From Bigelowiella natans CCMP2755 (taxonomy: Eukaryota > Protista > Cercozoa), in contig ADNK01002555.1 in assembly GCA_000320545.1 (NCBI GenBank), positions 1 to 64,000 of the forward strand: 64,000 bases of DNA, written 5' to 3'. This document shows positions 41,578 to 55,721 of this stretch, piece by piece. Numbering within the stretch: the first letter of the stretch is position 1; each line of letters begins with the position of its first letter. The notes beneath the pieces were generated by a model. It worked only from the letters and a program-made list of their open reading frames with translations. It did not search any database and was not told where the DNA came from. The position numbers were made by a program, and so were the translations under genes.

Positions 41578-42760
41578 TTTGAGCTTTGCACTGCACAAAA
41601 GGTCCCACTAGGATCTGCTTCCAATGCCATGGATCTGTTGATGGCCAAATCCAATTTAGCAGTGCATGTGCTGTCAAACATGACACAAGCAAGCGTGCGG
41701 GCAACCTGGTTGGTCAAATTTCGTGTGAGTTAGTCTAGTAGTCTCTGCATGATGGACACAGCTAGACAGTGATGCAATGTGCGCTGCATGCACATGTTGT
41801 GTTGCATTGTCCACGATGGACACAGCAATGTGATGTGCACCACACTGCACGTTGATGGCATTGCAGCATTGACGTGATCGACACACGCTTTGGACCAGGT
41901 TATCCGTCCGTTTGAAGCCATGCAAGTGACAAGAGGTGTCGTTGAGTCGCGGTTGCAGTGAAATGTTTGACCTCATTAGAAGAAAAACTGCAATTGCAGT
42001 GGAGCACGAAACTGCCAAGATTTTGAATGCTGGCAGTTTTGTGGGAGTGCGCTGTCTCCCATTTGTTGTTGAAAACAATCCAGCAGAGCTTTGCTGAATC
42101 AATTTTTTGGTCACTTTGTCGTTCAGCTTGGCAACATGTTTGGATGGATCAACTCGAGTCCAAAATGTGTCTCGTTGCTCACACACTTGTTGCATGGTGG
42201 CTAGGTGGGCCTCAAAACGAAAACGGTTGAATTGTGCAACGACTTGATGTTCTCTTTGTCACTGAACTGGTGAACAAAATGGGAGGATGAGTTGAAAGTT
42301 GTGAAGTGGGAACCTGTGCCCATCCAACAATCCAGCTGTGCAAGTGCAACAAACAGTGCCCCCCAATCAGAGATGGAAATCGGCATCGCAAGCGTGTCGC
42401 ATGTGCAGATGTTGACTCTTGGGAGTCCGTAGTTTGGATGAACTAGTGGTTCTCCAGGTTGAACTCTAATTGAATGCCTTTTTTAGGCCAATTTGCCTAA
42501 TTTGCCAGCTGTTGTGGGGCCTACGCACATTTCCGAAACATTACTTAGAATCAAAAGGTAGCGTGTTGTTCAAAGATGTGCCTGACAACTCAGGCCACAT
42601 CACAATGCAAGATTTTTAATTTGATGTCGTAGAGGTGAAATGGCAAGCTATTGATGTCTATTGTTGCATTCATGTGATGATTCAATTTGTGCTTAAGTGT
42701 ATTGCGCACACTTCAAACGTACAAGAACGTGGTGAGGAGCGCGCAAAAACACTTTCTCAA
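41578..42760. other. TpA-depleted island immediately downstream of the VDAC stop
   Basis: Only 9 TA in 41581-42420, 8 of them TAG. Rich in TGCA, CATG and TG/CA. Confidence 0.9.
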
Positions 42761-42767
42761 CTCAAAA

Positions 42768-45700
42768 ATGTCGTGGATTCTGTCATGGAATGAGCAAGGT
42801 TTGCATGCGAACTGTAGCACGGGGTTGACTTTCTGCAGAATCAGATTCCACAAAATGGATAGCGTTAGCAGATGCAAACATATTTTTTGCCTGTTTTTAT
42901 TGGTTCTACAAAAGTGAAAAATGAAGAGTGGGTTTCTTCAATTTTGATAGATGGGTTGTGCAAATCACAAACATGAGGAAAGCTAACGATTTCATTTTAG
43001 TTTCCAAGCAAACTCCTGACGCCCTTGGTAGTTGGAAACAACTGGCGCTAAAGTTTCGTACGACATGTGGATTTACTGGATTTTCTGATGAAGATGTGTT
43101 TAGACTCGTAGTGACTAAAGGTGGTAGTTTGACTCCGCGGATTCTTGAAATATGTGTAAATAGCCGCAGAGCGAACTAAAATTCTTTCATCTTAGATGAC
43201 AAGAAGGTTGCAATAGTGAGCTCGGCCATCGAATGGTTCATGTTTTACCAAGGATATAAAGACGAACATGTAAGAATTCGGTATTATTTCTCAGTCAAGT
43301 ACGAATAAAAGACTAAATAGTTTCCTATATGGCATGAATACTTTCCCAGTAACTATGCGTAAATTATTCTCAGCATTGTAGTTGGGAATTCTAATTGCAA
43401 CGACTCTAAGGTCTGATATGTACCAAAATAATATGTATGAATATGTAATGCGCGATCCACATGACGCAGAGTAGCAAAATTTTATTTTCCTTCATTTCGT
43501 TTAAAAATAATGCTGTGCTTAATCAGGAGGATACTACTGTTGCCTCCTCAACATTTACCAATACTGATGGAATGCTGCGTTTAAGTCTTCCACAAACTCG
43601 GCTGAATACTGGGCTATTAAGAACTGAAGTAAGCGAGAAAACCAATTGCAGAACATGGAGCCAGCTGTATTAATGTATCAATACATATGTGAATATGTAT
43701 GTTATATATTATGTGTATACGTGTATGCATTTATGAATTATATGTAGCATATAATATTTGCCGTCACGGACTGAGTAATGTTATATCGACTTAAACATCG
43801 GGTCTAATAAGAGAACGTTCTGTAGGAAGTTGGAAGAAGAAACTCCAGCCAGTATGTAACCTCTGCCGTGACTGTTAGTACGGCTACTATAGAAACTGAA
43901 TCGTTTGGGAAGAATAAGGCGGATACTTTATTTTCCATGCCTCATTCACGTAGTAGTAATGCGCAAGATCTAGAAATTGTTGTGAAAAGAAAGTCAAATC
44001 AATTAGAGGAAGACTTGATCCAGGTAGTGAACATAAAAGTTGCTTTCTTCTTTTTATAACCGTATTACCACATTAAACATCCTAACATATTTTGGTCTTG
44101 AACAGAATACGAAGAATAAATTTTTGGTAATTTAGGTAGAGGAGACTAACCAGAAACAAAAGGGATCCTTCAACACTGTCTCTTTTTCCCACAACGTCAA
44201 GGCCACTACCATTATTGGCCCTCTACCTCTTCAACACGACGCTAAGAATGCTGAGATTGCTCAACGAATACCTGTTTCCTCGAAAGATGGAAAAAATCGC
44301 CATTCAGTTTATTCTCAGAACAAAATCAATTCCAGTACCTCAGAGGGATCTGGACTTAGACTGCTTTCGAACCCGGGTATCATGCACGCTCCAAGTGACA
44401 TGGCTTACCAGCTACAGAAAGAAACAACAAGATGCGAGGATGTTAAAACTAAAGGGCGGGAATATCCCATGATGTATGTAACTAAATCAAATTGATATTT
44501 TTTGAAGTACAAAGAAATAAAGTATAGTGGCATAAACGAACTGATTTTGCTGAAATTCAACATTTTATTATACGACTTTGTAAATACAGCTGAATAAAAG
44601 CCCAGTTTCAAACACAGTTTTGTTTTGTTGTTATCTGACGTAAGTAATTTTTTAAATACAATACGGATAAAGAATTTATATTTAGGTTTCTAAACATGAA
44701 TGTTTCTTTGCTTCTGTCAACCAACTTAAAATCCTACATAGAATGAACCATTTTTCTTTGCATTTTATTAAACAATGCAATATTCTTAGTAACTACTACT
44801 ATCCATACATAAAGGAACGAAATTCAAAAGCATATCAAAACCTCTAAAGAATTGTCGCAGCTTGCTTTATTGGGAACCGTGCGCTATGGAACAAGTAGTG
44901 GAATTCCCACAGAAATATATGTCAAAGATCTTTGCATCAGCACGCCAGAATTCCAAATACTACGCCACGTGACTGTAGCTCTGAAAAATGGGTAATTAAT
45001 GCTTTTATCGAATTACCTATCTCTTCCTTTATTGTTCCTATTTATGTATCTATAAATGATGCGAATGATGTTATTGGTGGTGTATTTACATAGAGAGCTC
45101 AATGCATGTCTCGGTCCCTCGGGTGCAGGGAAATCGTCATTATTCGACTTTCTAACGGGAAGGTTTAAAACTGATATCTCATATTTAATGAGAGAGAACT
45201 GTCTTCATGACTAGAATATGTGAAAGATAGTGTCTTTAAATTTTTAGTCAGATTCGATCAAAATAATGATAACATAGTCGTTACTACAACCAACCTCTAG
45301 TGATGGATTTGGTAAACAGAAATATAGAGGCTAATGTCACAAATGGGGTTGTAATTGTTAATGGAAGAGAAGTCACGCCAGAATGGTCTTACTTAATTCT
45401 AGAGAAGGAAAAATATTACTTACTCTTAAAATAGCAAAATATATTTTTGTATCATTGAATTTGTATACCACTAATCCCGACAGACTTATACATGTTCATC
45501 GTTTATATTCTACTTCTAAAAGCTACATATCACCGTTAGGAGATCCAAAAATATAGCTTATGTAGAACAGGATTCGTCACTACTTTCAACCTCCACTGTT
45601 CGAGAGGTTCATAAGAAAAATACTTATAATTAGTATCATAAGTAAACTCTTAAATCCAAATATCACACCAATTGACAAATTTGTTGAATTGAATACTGTT

Positions 45701-48700
45701 TCTATAAAGGCCTTAATGTTTGCTGCAAAAATACAAAGAGCAGATACTATTTCCGAGGATCATGTCATTCATAAGGTCTTCGACATGATATGACGATAAA
45801 ATGCTAATTAATGATATTAGTTTCGTAGACATGGCTAGTAGTGTCCTTATCCAAATTACTTAGTAGAATAATTAGCATCATTACCTTTAGTTCAGATATG
45901 GTAATTCTCCCTGATTTTGTCAATCTTTATTTTGATGCGAGAACACATATGAGTATTTCAACATGCTACTGGCTTCTTTTTCCTTAGGTCGAGGAAGCTT
46001 TACATATCCTTCAACTGGATCATCGGTAGGTTGGACATATTTTTTTCCCCATCGTATCAAGTGTTTCGCTACATATTTTGCATCATCCTCTTCAAATGCA
46101 AATGTCTTATTCTCGCGTTAGACTGCATATGGTCGTATAATCAAATTATTAAGTATTATGCCAATTATAATGAAGGCAGCATAATTTCATTGGTGGCAAT
46201 GTTGAGAACTGGTATGGAGGCATTCGGAGTCTTTCAGGTACATAAGATTTATCATACAGACTTGATATAATCGTTCGACCGCGAAATATTAATGATATTA
46301 GTAAAATAATGTTATATCGCTCGTATTGCGATTGATAAACTCCTTAAGCCTGTAAAATTGGATTGGAAAAATCGATTTATGTTATAACACAATATCAAGT
46401 TAATCTGATAACAAAGGAATATTTTATGTTAATCATTTTAGTTACATCTTAGGTGGCGAAAGACGTCGACTAGTTATTGGAGAACAACTTGTTAGGGATG
46501 CGGAAATTATCGTTCTTGATGAACCAACATCAGGTATGCACGTGGAAACTGTATTGATGATGCAAATAATGGTGAAGAGAGTGAAGGGTATCAAGGGAAT
46601 CCGCATGTGTCTCTTACTTCTCCTACTAGTTTACCAGAAGATAGCTTCCGAAAAAGCCATGATTGAAAATATCACCATGCTATAGTTGTTTATTATATAA
46701 GGATGATATTGAGAAGTGTTGTTTATGTAAAAAAATTTTAAGAAACCAAAATGTGATTACTATGCTTTTAACTGTCACTTTAACTTCTGAGTTTTTCTAA
46801 AATTCATAAAGGTGTCGATTCTGCAATTGCTTTGGAGATAACAATACTTTTGAAGGAGCTGTGCAAACGAGGCAAGACCGTTTTTGCATCTTTCCACCTT
46901 CCGTCGTCACAGATGTTTCAAAGGTTAGATATTTTTGCATTGAAATATATATGATTATTACTATTTATTATCGCTTGAAGTTGTAATACTGAAATTGATA
47001 TCAAAGGTTTGATAATCTGTGCTTAATGGCCAATGGTCAAGTAATTTACAACGAATCTCGGTATATAGGATAATATTAATTAACACGAAGGAGTAGCTTT
47101 TCGTTTTGGTATAGCATCACTTCTCAAAAATAGCATGTGTATGATTTCTTCCTATAATATATAGGTTTCTTTCGTAAATAAAAAATAATTACCAGCAATA
47201 ACTAAATCTACTCAGAAAACGAACACACATACACACACTACACAATTACATTATCATGATCACCATCATCATCATTCAAACCACATATATGCACAAGGGT
47301 ATATTATCAGGGCTGCAGCAGTAAGCTTTTTCAATTTATGCAACGAGCCATGTCCAATTGACTATAGGTATTTCTTTTTTGGGGTTCTGCAATATTTCAC
47401 TACATTATAGGTATGCAAATATGATAATCACGATATGTTTCACATTTAGCCCTGCGGACCATTATCTCCAAGTGATCTCGAATCGTGAGCGGGCAGCTAC
47501 TATATCGAAAATATTTAAGACTGAATTCCAGGGAAGAAACAAACTGAAACGGTATAGGGATCTTTGATGATAGTGAAAGTATCCATAGTATCAATTGATT
47601 TAGATTAGAGTTGTCGATAGTATACATCAATAATGCCTCATAAAAATACAGTGATGATACTAATAAAAATAAAGATATAATGCCAAGAATGTCAGAGTTT
47701 ATAATAAATATACATTAGTAAATGGCAGAAACTATAGAACAAAATCCTTTAACTAGGGTATTTTTTTATTTTTGTGCTAATTCTATAGAACAAAAGAAGC
47801 TTTTCGCTACCCGAACCTTACTGTTTCCTCATCATTTTCCACTCAATTTAGGTATAAAATATGTATTTGTTATTTTGGCATTATTCTTCTTAAAATGTTA
47901 TCACCAACTACATCACCCTGGTGTAGTTATTAAAATAAAATCAGTTACAATATGATGTATTTTTTACATTAGAAAAATCTCTTACTTCTAGCTTTGATAT
48001 GATATTTTCATGATTAATTTCAAAATTGAAATTGGTATTAATATATGTTACGTATTCTCGTAACGTCTGTCAGAATATGAAATATGTAATAACGTAGTAT
48101 TTGTAATTACGATCGGGCCTAATCAAGAAAAATATATACTATTGAATTAAGGTGTCTCTTCCTCCGGAAATCTCGCCAATGGGCACGCGATTATGTTCTC
48201 CTTGGGGCACAAATACTAAACTATGTATACTATTTTCATTTTCCTAACCTATTTATTTAGATGTCTTTTGAATAACTCCTAGTGTTACTTCTCGTGTACT
48301 TTCATTAAACGCTATTCAGATGCGTCAAAATCTTTCTCACGTAATAGAATTAATTAGGTGTTAGCTGGGCTTCTCTTTGGCATCCAGTATCGACCGTTTG
48401 TCCTTGACTCGGAAGAGATTGTAAACGGGGCGTTCCAATTTAGACGAAATTTTTTCGTGGTAGTCATCCATCTATATTAGCTACGATTATTGAATTAGAT
48501 AGAACATACATGTTGCATGAATGAATAAATTAACTTGACATAGGGTTTTGAAATCATTATCTGTCCGCTTTGAAATATATGTTGCTTCAACTACTATTTT
48601 TACATCTTTTTTTTCTTTTAATTTTAAATAAACTATAACTTCATGATACTGCAATCCAATAAGTGGAAGGGCAAGACCAGGATCAATAATTTGAAAAGTT

Positions 48701-50655
48701 GTGATTAAATCTAAACTGGGGATATCAAATTTTACCAGATTTAATGTCTGATCTAAAGTATTAACCTATTGACAATCAACTAGTTAGTGTTAATGGTCGC
48801 TGCATTCACTCCGGGGTTCACTTCAATTGCAAAATTTGAGGCTGAGAGAGGTGGAATATAATATGTTCTGCGGCGAATAAAACAACATCAATATGACTAA
48901 CGTTGCCGATATTATAAATCTATTGAAGACCTACTATCAATATTATTGCCGTCAGTAGGTATAATCATAATAATTTATCGTTATACTTGACGTTTCTGTG
49001 AAGGAGTTATATTTCCCAAAGAATTCATATCATCGCCTGGAAAACCTGTATGATAAGAATTATCATCTTAAATCACAACTATTACATATAAACTCCGCGA
49101 TTCATGTAACTAATCTTTACAATAATGAATACCAGAGCAAGTAAAAAAGACTCAAAATAGTCTGATGGTCAAATAAATAAACTATATACTGGTACAAGGT
49201 CTCTTACGTCGCGAAACTGCGAGCAAGCGATATGGATTCTTGGCACATTTCATATCTCTCACTGCATGCTCTTGGGTGTGACTTACAATAAAATGTCTTA
49301 TGGCACTTAAAAGCTAATTGGTATTTGCTACGAATAAATGACGGATTAGGTCGTTGAATCGATATCTGCAATCGTCTTTTCCATCTGCTTCTACTTTCTA
49401 TCTGGGCTGGCAAGAGACCGATATGCCGGTTGCATTTTCATTCTGGTAGTTCTAAATTCTGAATAGAGAGTCGTGAAATCAGTTCAGGAGCAATTCAATT
49501 ATATATACGATGCATAGAACAACCATTGATATTAGAGTATCCTTTTTGCGGTTTGTAGTATGGTTTGCCATATGTATAACTTGTTAAACGTACAGAAAGC
49601 AAATTTAAATGCATTTCGCGTTAACAATTCGAGGTTGACATGGAGTGTTTCTCCTATTTCTCAGATTGCGTTTATGCTCCTTAATGAGACGTTAGGTCCA
49701 TCTATCCAAAGAAATATCCGAAAATATTACTAAAATTCATATATTCACTTTCGTTATTAGCATCATTTTCTCAATCGCTCAAGCATTACATGTCATTTTT
49801 TGCTTTAAACCATTTTAACTCATTTACTAGGATTGATAGCTGCCATTGTGAGTCCGAGTTTCGCCTTAGCGATTTTGATTCATACGCCTCCAATTTTCTT
49901 GATGTTTGCTGTCGCACAACGGGGCATCGAAGGGCTAAATGTCAGTTCACTCGATATATTAAACTATCGAGAATAGCGATTGAATACTTGAGGTTCTTCG
50001 AGAGATCACAACGAAGCCATGAGCGTGAGATATAACCTAGATTGTAAGAAGTATTTATGTGAAAAATAGCTGTGCGCTTTTAAAATATAAATGATGTTTT
50101 TTTTCCCTTTGCTGTTGTAACTTCATTTTTACAACATCAATTCCCACTTTTCAAATTAATTAGGATGTCTTAATATACTTAAATCCGTTTTCTTACGCTT
50201 CCATCGCTCTTCTGGAGAACGAAGGACTCGGAGCAGGTGACAAGAATAGAAAGAAACACATAAAAATGCAAAGACATTTTTATACGGGAAAATCTCAAAT
50301 TTATTTTATTACTGAAGAAACCTATGGGCTTCGTCGTTTCGTCTTGAGATAGATGTTTGGAAGTAGTCGCCAAACCCATAAATACAAATACCATCGTTTC
50401 TTATCTTCAGTTAAATAAAACCACAAACCTGTGCAAAATAATTCACTTACTAAAGGCGTGTTCCCTACCGGAAATGGCGAAACTCGCAGTCTACTTGAGG
50501 AGCGTGAGTTCACAGATCCAGAAATTACAATGAATGGACTAGGAGTCTGGGAAAATTTTGGAGCCCTTCTCGCGATAGCTTTTGTTTTTCGAGTGTTTGC
50601 ATATTATCTTCTTCTAAGATTCCATGATGCAGGACGGGTTACGAAACAAAATTGA
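42768..50655 (+). CDS. ABCG (White-type) half ABC transporter with long N-terminal extension, >25 exons; start tentative
   Basis: Walker A GPSGAGKSS (~45112-45140), Q-loop AYVEQD, signature LSGGERRR, Walker B IIVLDEPTSGVD, H-loop SFHLP, PADHYL, then TM segments. Ends ...RVFAYYLLLRFHDAGRVTKQN TGA 50653-50655. Confidence 0.92.
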
Positions 50656-50659
50656 CATA

Positions 50660-51650
50660 TGCAATGTCGCATTGCTAGATTGGTGGGAGGAATGAGCACA
50701 TCACATTGTCATATTGAGTTGTCCATTGTCGAATTGAAAAAGGCAATGCTTATGCTAATATGATGACCCAAGCAAATGTTGACGAGTCAAAGCAGGCTTT
50801 TTGAGCAAGCAACTTTAAATACATTATTAGTGAACCAAGCTAGCAAGCCTAGTTATTATTAATGTTCTGCAACATTGTCTGCTACATCTAGACAACATCA
50901 CTTCTTGTTCCATGACGATGGCATGCTACCATGCTACCATGCTACCATGAACGGCGTTGTTGAACGTGGGTGGATGTCCAATGCCATGGCTTCATTTGTG
51001 CATTCATGTCAGTTAGAAGATGCTGCAAAGGCAAATTGCACCTTTCGAGCGGCGATCGCATCAGATGACACATGTGATGAGCGGTTGTGGTGAGAAAAAT
51101 CATGCTATTGTTGTGCATGAGCACTAGAGCGACAGCATCTGGACGCACCATTTGTCATTTCCATTGTTGCTGACAACTGTTGACCAAATGGTGAAAATGG
51201 GTGTTGTAGGGTTTCCATTTGAATGAACAATGGCATGTGAGCTAATGACTGTTCTAGTGATGCGCATGGCGCACTCTGCTATCGTGTTTGCTGCAATGAA
51301 TTTCGCAAGCAAAATTTGTGCTTAGTGAAATGCAACAATGTTTTCACTGTGAGAAATTTCAAACTGTGCTAATCTAGTAATGCAGGACCTGCTAGTGCAC
51401 ATCCTTCACCAAAGGCCATTGAATCATGACTCATCACAGATTTGATGAGTGCAATGCATGTGCTTGTGCACGTATGATGCTGTAATGATTGCAAATGCAA
51501 TGCATTTTTCTATTTTATTCATTGTTGTTGGGTTGCGTGATGTGATGCATGTCAGCCTAGTAGCTACAGTTGCATGCAATTGATGAGGAATTAACAAATT
51601 TTACTTCGTCATCAACAATTAGTGAGTGAACAAACTGCAAGCCCAAAAAA
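50660..51650. other. TpA-depleted island between convergent ABCG and AAAP gene ends
   Basis: 18 TA in 50881-51480, 16 of them in CTA/TAG context. Flanked by stops at 50655(+) and 51717(-). Confidence 0.85.
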
Positions 51651-51716
51651 ATGTTAGATATATGGATCAAAACCAAAATATTTCTACGAAATCCTTACAC
51701 ATGTGCTCTTTGTGAA

Positions 51717-52640
51717 TCAGCAAGCACCATACTGACTACACTGGATCTTTCCTTCGACACACGTGGGTACATAGAATGTGTTGTAGAAACTATCCGGATC
51801 ATCTTCTCCTCCGCAAGAATAGCTACGTGAGTGATGAAACACAAAATAGATTTTTTTTAAAAAATACATTCTGTTCCAAAAAGAGTAATTTTACAAAGGG
51901 AAAAATTACGATATATCTTAAATTTATTTTCCCTGGATGAATGAATAAATACAACAATTATAAAATGATAAAAAATGCAATATGCATAAAAATGCACCCT
52001 CCTTGCCCTGGCTGGCGTCGATCCGATCCAATGAAGAAAGAATTTTCAAAGCAAGCTCCATCGAACAATCCAGTGCCGTTTTCCTATTAGTGAGATCGCC
52101 ACAAACCCAAAAGCAGATAAAGTGGTGAAAATATGCGCATATAAGAAGTTTATGTCTTATAATATATGATATCATTTAAAATTTGTATGCATACTTTAAT
52201 GTATAAGTTTGTGTGTGAGTGAGTGAGTTATTAGTAAGTGCGTGAACAGCATAATCAAATAAAGAATGATCTTTACACTTGAATTATAACACAGTACATT
52301 ATGAACTATATACTCCATAAATAAGTGGGAAAACCTGCTCCATAATATTCTTGATGGTGAAGTAAACCCCAGCTCCACACAAAAAAATCCCCAATGTTGC
52401 ACCAAGAATATATCCTATAATTCTTACAAATCGGCGTCCGTTCCTGGCCATAAATAGCAAATTATTGACAAGATAATAAATATCTAGCTATAATAACAAC
52501 TGAAATAAACGTTATAATTAGTTTGTATTACATCTTCAAAAAGGTTAAATTCGGTAGATACATGAGACTAGATTCTTTTGTTGAAGAAAAATACACCAAT
52601 ACGTACACATATATACATTTTCCCTCTCTCTCCCTCTCTC

Positions 52641-52681
<41 letters not shown>

Positions 52682-53796
52682 CTATTTGTTTCTCTTTTTA
52701 TCTCTTTTTTATTTCCATCCAAGGAGTTTATTATCGATGAATCAAACATTCAGTCTTGATGAGAAATTTTTCAAGGTTATCAATTTTAATTTTTGTTTTT
52801 AATATTTATTACCCTCCACCATTTAGACATGATAAGATACATCTTCCTTTAGCAGTAGATAACGTTGATAAGGCACCGGATTCCATCCTATTTTCGGATA
52901 TCTCATCTCCAAAGATTTCAGTTCCACTTTCTTCATGATTTTTATTTGCCTTTTCTTCAGAAGCTAGCGGGAGCGATGAGTAGCTGTTATTAACGTTATC
53001 GCTATCCTCCATTGCATCTATTAATTATTATAGATGAATTATATGCACAATATATTAATGTGTATATATATTTATATATATATATATATATTATACACAC
53101 ATATATGTGTGTAACCCTACAATGGATTAAAATATTAAAATATCAATTTTCTGAACATACATATATCTTGCTTTTTTGTTTTATCCTGATTCATATTACA
53201 CCTTTATTCCACATATCCCACTCGAACAATTTAAAGTGAAGAACGAATGGAAGATAAAATGTTAACGCCGTTACCGATATTGCTCCTAATATAATTAATT
53301 AAAAGTTGAGGTTTTAGGTAATTTTAGGCAGATAATTTTGCAAATGCCTATCTTTTAATATATTTTTGTAATTTTTTGAAAATTTACGACCTACAAGTGA
53401 CACCATATTTTGTAGACCAAACCCAAGAAATGCCTCCGCAACCAGAGCGTAGGATGAGAGAACTGCATTGAAAGCACAATATCAACTAAACGAGGTATTT
53501 ATTAGTCGTTTAATAGCCACTCTAAAAAAATAAACTATATGCACTTAAAATGAAGTTATTTGAAACTGTAAAGTATTTCTCTAAACCTGAAAGACGAAAT
53601 ACAAATCTAAAGAGCGCAGGAGGAACACTTTTGATCCAATCGTAACTTAAGCAGAGTTAGATAATATTAATTAATGTATTTATTAAACAATTGAGTAATG
53701 CATGCTTAATTTATATTTACATGAATTTTGAGTTATTAATTGCATAAAATATAATTTTTCATACAGAAACCAATTCCAATCATACGCACACACACG

Positions 53797-53827
<31 letters not shown>

Positions 53828-54703
53828 ACAAACACACACAAACACGCAAATAACACACACGCACAGAGATACGAACGCAAACAAATATATACATACACAA
53901 GTATACACACATGTATATATATAACAACACGCATTATTAAAATTACGCGCATCTTTCAGGATTTGAGTGTCTAAGGTAGTCCGAAGGTGATACGCCTATA
54001 ATAAATTTATAAAACAAATAATTCAGTATAGTCAATTTGCCAAAAAATATCCAAAAATTTAATTGACAAATATTTCCTGTAACCAATACTAACTTTCTGT
54101 AAGAATTTTTGTATTTGTTTGACATAAAAGGTTATATTTTACATGTTCTGTTCTTATATGTCCATGCATACAAATTTTATACATTTTTTTATTTTTATAA
54201 AAATCATATAACTACCCAAACGAAGTTCGACTTTCAGAAATAAAAGAATCTGCCCGTAGGTCAATGGCAAATATCCTAACATTGCACTAAATAAAAGTAA
54301 AAAGTAATATTAAACTGATTAATATTCTAAAATATAATGCTATTGTCCACGTGATTTTTTGTTTCATATAAAATCACACGTTAACAATTCATTTTAAAAT
54401 ATCTTTATATATGTTTCTGTTTGCGAATTTGTTATGTACGTCAAAATATTACCTGGAATGATATGAAATCATTTTTGTGATAATAGATGATGTGAGTGTG
54501 TATGACATTCAATTTTTATTATTCATATTATTTAAATTTCCAAAGATCAAAATAAATACAAATCTTAATAAAGCACCAAATCTGAATTTATTATTTTAAT
54601 TTAACCTTGATATGAGGTATGCACGAACAGCGGGGCCGTCTTTAAAATTCAAAATCATATTTGCTCCTGTTTTGCATATTGTATGTAAATATGTGTGCAT
54701 AAA

Positions 54704-54746
<43 letters not shown>

Positions 54747-54897
54747 ATATCATTCAACCAATTTTTGAAATATACGTTTAATTTTAGAAAAACAATAAGT
54801 AAAATGCCATTATACTACGATTATATAAAGCATAAACTAAGCTTCTTTTTCAAAGCTTTTTTAATAGATAAGGATTTGAAAATAAGAATTTGTGTTG

Positions 54898-54938
<41 letters not shown>

Positions 54939-55306
54939 ACTCTCTCTACCTCTCTCTTTCTCTCTGTCTTCGTAAGTTTTATTGTGTATGTGTGTTGTGT
55001 ATATGTATTCCATAACATATTTGTTAAAATTTGTATATTATAACGTATAAATCAATAAATATGAATTATTGGATGACCGCTGTTGAAGACACCAAATGCC
55101 CAAAATCCCCACATTCCTACAACGGCCTATGTTAAGCAATATAATATAAATCAAAAGATTATAGCGAAGTAAAAATATGAGAAACATAAATTTATATAAC
55201 CAGATAATTAAATACAATAATATATTCAAGTAGTTATGGAAGAAGTAAAAATGCTCAGATACCAATTTACTACATATTGTATGTGCGTGTATGTTTGTGT
55301 GTATGC

Positions 55307-55355
<49 letters not shown>

Positions 55356-55667
55356 TGTGAGTTTGTGTGTGGTGCGTGTGTATTTAGCCCTATGTGTCAT
55401 TATAATCATAGTACTAAACATATATTGGAAGTGCCACAGCGTTCGCCCAATTCCGGGACCGAAACATATCAGTATCTATAAAATATAATATTATCATAGT
55501 AATAAACAAATTAGTCTTTAACAACGAGAAAGTAGACAGAGTCAGGGAGTAAGTATACCATCACATAAAAAATTTAATTTTGAACGAGTTTTTAAGTGAA
55601 ATACCTGTACGCATTTCACGAACTTCTTCTGGCATGACCTTAAAATATGCATAAAAATTAACACAGT

Positions 55668-55721
<54 letters not shown>

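Noticed and set aside
41674-42195. 173-aa and other Cys/His-rich ORFs within the islands
   Set aside because: Loss of TAA lengthens chance ORFs and TG/CA excess yields C/H/M/Q-rich translations; no domains or splice logic.
49905-50030. Possible GC-AG intron in the ABCG TM region
   Set aside because: Several donor and phase combinations are possible and none can be fixed without transcripts.
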